A stretch of 64,000 nt of DNA from the human T2T-CHM13v2.0 reference genome, Homo sapiens, in assembly GCF_009914755.1 (NCBI RefSeq), contig NC_060928.1, one strand, 5' to 3'. Positions 60,491-64,000 of this stretch are shown here, in pieces. The position numbers and the translations under genes are program-made. The notes beneath the pieces are model-generated. The model worked only from the letters and a program-made list of their open reading frames with translations, had not been told where the DNA came from and did no database searches. How positions within the stretch are numbered: the first letter of the stretch is position 1; each line of letters starts with the position of its first letter.

Positions 60491-60831
60491 TGCATTAGTC
60501 TGCTTTCACACTGCTGATAAAGACATACCTGAGACTGGGCAATTTACAAAGGAAAGAGGTTTAGTGGAGAACTCACAGTTCCACATGGAAGCCTCACAGT
60601 CATGCGGAAGGCAAGGAGGAGCAGGTCACGTCTACGTGAGTGGTGGCAAAGAGAGAGGTTGTGCAGGGAAACTCCTGTTTTTAAAACCATCAGATCTCAT
60701 GAGACTCACTGTTACAAGAACAGCACGGGAAAGACCTGCCCCCATGATCGAATTACCTCCCACCAGCTCCCTCCCACAACACATGGGAATTCAAGATGAG
60801 ATTTGGGTGGGGACACAGCCAAATCATGTCA
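60491..60831 (-). mobile_element. THE1 (THE1C-like) MaLR solo LTR
   Basis: TG.ATTAGTC...CTGCTGATAAAGACATACCTGAGACTGGG...GATGAGATTTGGGTGGGGACACAGCCAAA.CAT.TCA; 5 bp TSD TGTGG/TGTGA. Confidence 0.88.
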
Positions 60832-61721
60832 TGTGAGTTAGGAAGAAATCTAAACCAGCATATCAAACAAACCTAGGGTTTCACAAATATTGCTTAGGAT
60901 GAGGTGAGGTTAAAAAAAAAAAAAAGTGAGTTGATCATAAACTGATCTAAAAAAATAGTACAAGTAGTATTATGACGCAGTGCCGCTATCAAAGTAGTAT
61001 AGAAATGACCGAAGTTTGGGAAAAACTGTTTTGGACTGTCCTCATATCATGGAGGAAAGACTGGTTAAAGATGGGGCAGTGTCAGAAGAAAAATAAGTTT
61101 TAGGCCGGAGGTAATTTTAAACATTTTCTTGCCTTACCAGCGGATGGCTTCCTTGTGCTTAAAGAACTTAAACAGTTGAGAATTAAATTTTGCCCATTAT
61201 TTTTCCCCCCCTTTCTCTGTGCAACCTCTCTGCCCCTTAATAAATGTTTTTGGTACTGACTACTGCTGCTCCTGCTAATACCATCCTGTAGAAATTTTTC
61301 TTGAGTGAGGAATAGTTTTTAGAAGGCTTTTATGATGATAACTTTTAAATTTATTTTTAACTATGCCAGCAGGTTATTAGATATATAGGTTCAAAGGAGA
61401 TTGAGGCTGGAGTCTGTTCAAACATTTTCAGAGGTGAAGATGACACAGGGTTCATGGAGATTTCCTTCATGGTACCAGAACAGGGCAGGGTTTCACTGCA
61501 TGATAATACCCATGTTTCCATTGCTTGTAGACCTAATCATTTTTACTTATTGATTGGCACTGTGGGCCAAGATCGTGACATCCATCCTAATAAGCAGGTC
61601 TCATCAAAAGCCTTAGAATGGAGAAAATTTTAATAATGCTTTATTAGTTGGTTAAGTAAGCCCTGATGTTTGGCTTTCTAGTGACCGGTCATTGCCCTGC
61701 AGACTCTGTAATGGGACAGTT

Positions 61722-62000
61722 TGGCTGGGTGTAGGGGGTCATGCCAGGCTGAGGTGGGAGGATTACTGTAGGCCAGGAGTTTTGAGACTAGCCTAGGCAA
61801 CATAGACCGCCCCCCATCCCTATAAATATTTAACAATTAGCTGAGCATAATGGTGTGTGTGCTTGTAGTCTTAGCTGCTGAGGAGGCTGAGGTGAGAGGA
61901 TCACTTCAGCTCAAGAGCTTGAGGTTACAGTGAGCTATATGATTGCACCAGTGAACTCCAGCCTGGGCAACACAGTGAGACCCTGTCTCAAAACAAAAAC
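61722..62000 (+). mobile_element. Alu (AluJ-like, deleted in left arm)
   Basis: Diverged Alu ending GAGACCCTGTCTCAAAACAAAAAC. Confidence 0.82.
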
Positions 62001-64000
62001 AGGTAGGGAGAGACAAGGAGAAGGGTAGTACTGACATGGCCTGTCTTTACTTTCCCCTCTCAGCCCTGGAACTCTCCACAGGGAAAGGTTTTTTGTTCCT
62101 TCTTCTTGTCTAATAAATGGCTTGACTTGAGGGGTATCTTGGAGGCATTCTCAACCCAACCCTGAAGGTTTATCAGCACTTTCCTGGTGGACAGCACCTC
62201 AGCCTCTGCCCTGGCTCCTTTCATCCTCATCCCCTAGAGCCAGGATCCCAGCATTTACAAATTAAGATGTTTCTCCCACATTAATTAATTCAGAATTTAT
62301 TAGAAACATACTGCAGACACAAAGGTCAAGTACACGACGGCTTCTTCAGAGCTGAAGAGTCTGCAGCTGTTTACGATTATATCAGAGGAGGAGATGTAAT
62401 CAAAGATTGTACTATACAATTATTAAAAGTTACAGAATTTGTTACTGTTTATCATTCCCTTTCCCCTTTCAGAGGACATTTTCACAGAGATTCATGAAAT
62501 AAAAGTTTGGTTAATGACAGAAGTGGGAAACCTTAGTAGGATGGAAGAAAAGAAAGAAAGACTGAGGCTTTTGTGCCATGGTAAGATGGTAAAACAATAA
62601 AAATAACATCTGCATTTTATTGAGAACATACTCTGTGTGTACAGGCACTGTGTTTAAGCCGTTTCCATGCAACAAGCTTAATAGTTGGAGAATCTTGCTC
62701 ATAAGCACCTACCCTGCACAGCCAGAACCACTATGGATAACTTCGACAAACATCTCCTGAGATTTTTGAGAATTCCCGTTTGCAAAGTCTGCTGAAGTTG
62801 TTCCCATAAACTGCAATAAAGTGTAATTTCACGAGAATTACTGTATGTATCCCTTGAGTGGTGAGTGATGGACTACAGTGAGAAGTGGATTCTAGGGTGT
62901 TGGATTCACATTTGTGGCTAACCAAGATTACAAATTCATGCATGTTCTGGAATTTCAGGGGCATTGCTAAATGCACAGAGTCAGGGGCCTGCTGGATGTG
63001 TTTTTAGTGGCAATAAGTATTACCCAGTCTTTTCTGCTGCTGTAAGCTTTCAGATAGAGACTTGAGAGCAAAAAGGTCAGCTTACCCTTTGTAGTTGGGA
63101 CTCAGTTCCTGTAGAATTTCTTTGGAAACATGTGTTTCTAATATGTCAGAATTGGTTTAGCTTAAGCTAAAAAGAAAATTATAGCCTGATTTGTTTAAAG
63201 GAACAAAAATGTCTACATGCCACAGTTTGGATGCACAGAGCATGGTTCAATGCTCAGTAGACTTTTATGCTTTTTATTACTCGGATTTTTATTTCTCTAT
63301 CAGTGTGCTAGATAAAAAGTAAAGTTTTATGGGTAGTATTCTAGTTCTACATAGAAGTTTTATTTCTCATATAGTTTTTTCTTATATGTAAAATTACATG
63401 TTATGAGCTACTTTAATATTAACAAGTAACCTCAGTAAAATACTAAAGTGACTGTTATGGGATAAATAACAAAAAGAAACTTAGGAAACTTAGGATCATT
63501 TGTTTTGAAATACATAATACTGGAATTACTGAATTTTTCCCTCTAGAGTTTTAAAATTCCATTGCCAGTGGAGTGGGGGTGGGGATGTGTGCACGTGTGT
63601 ATTGTTATTTTTGTTCCTGAGATTGGGCTATAATGTAAGCATGAAAATTGCCCCCCCCCCCCACTCCATGAATAAATTGCCTTTATATCTTATCTTACTA
63701 ATGATATACATTTACACATAATGCCTTGTGATAGAATTAATTCTAAAGGAAATTGTTAACTAGATGAGATTTTTCAGACACTGCCTATTAGGCAGGTTTT
63801 AATAGGAACTCCCACTGGTGGCTTAACTATTTTGCTTGTGTGCTATCATCTACTTTAAATCCCATAGATTTTTCCATCAGCCTTGAAAACAAAGGTTAAA
63901 CTATTTTTGGGTCTTCACATCCTGGTTTTGCAGGGAGACGGGAGGTATGGAGGCATTGCCCATTTCATAAAGCTGTATGTTTTTGAACTACGCACATGGT

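Overview
This is primate (almost certainly human) genomic DNA covering the 5' part of AFF1 (AF4, the super elongation complex scaffold and KMT2A/MLL fusion partner), on the + strand. A CpG-island first exon ends in ATG GCA GCC CAG TCA AG|gtaag (2769-2785). It splices across a 38.8 kb intron to a 121 nt exon (41553-41673) and a 900 nt exon (42082-42981). Together they give one open frame of 346 codons (MAAQSSLYNDDRNLLRIREKERRNQ...[28 protein letters not shown]...[11 protein letters not shown]...QSVE). The rest of the window is intron, rich in Alu, L2, MIR, L1, hAT/Tigger fossils and MaLR/ERV solo LTRs. I found no prokaryotic-type system, CRISPR array, or tRNA/rRNA gene, and nothing I can honestly call a new biological system. 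The best leads concern RNA processing: intron-3 read-through with intronic polyadenylation, back-splicing of exons 2-3 and a stop-free 900 nt single-exon circle, a candidate poison exon, recursive-splice-like motifs, and stacked uORFs. A few Alus are structurally odd. Exons are numbered within this window. Repeat family names come from recognising consensus sequences by eye, and repeat boundaries are approximate.
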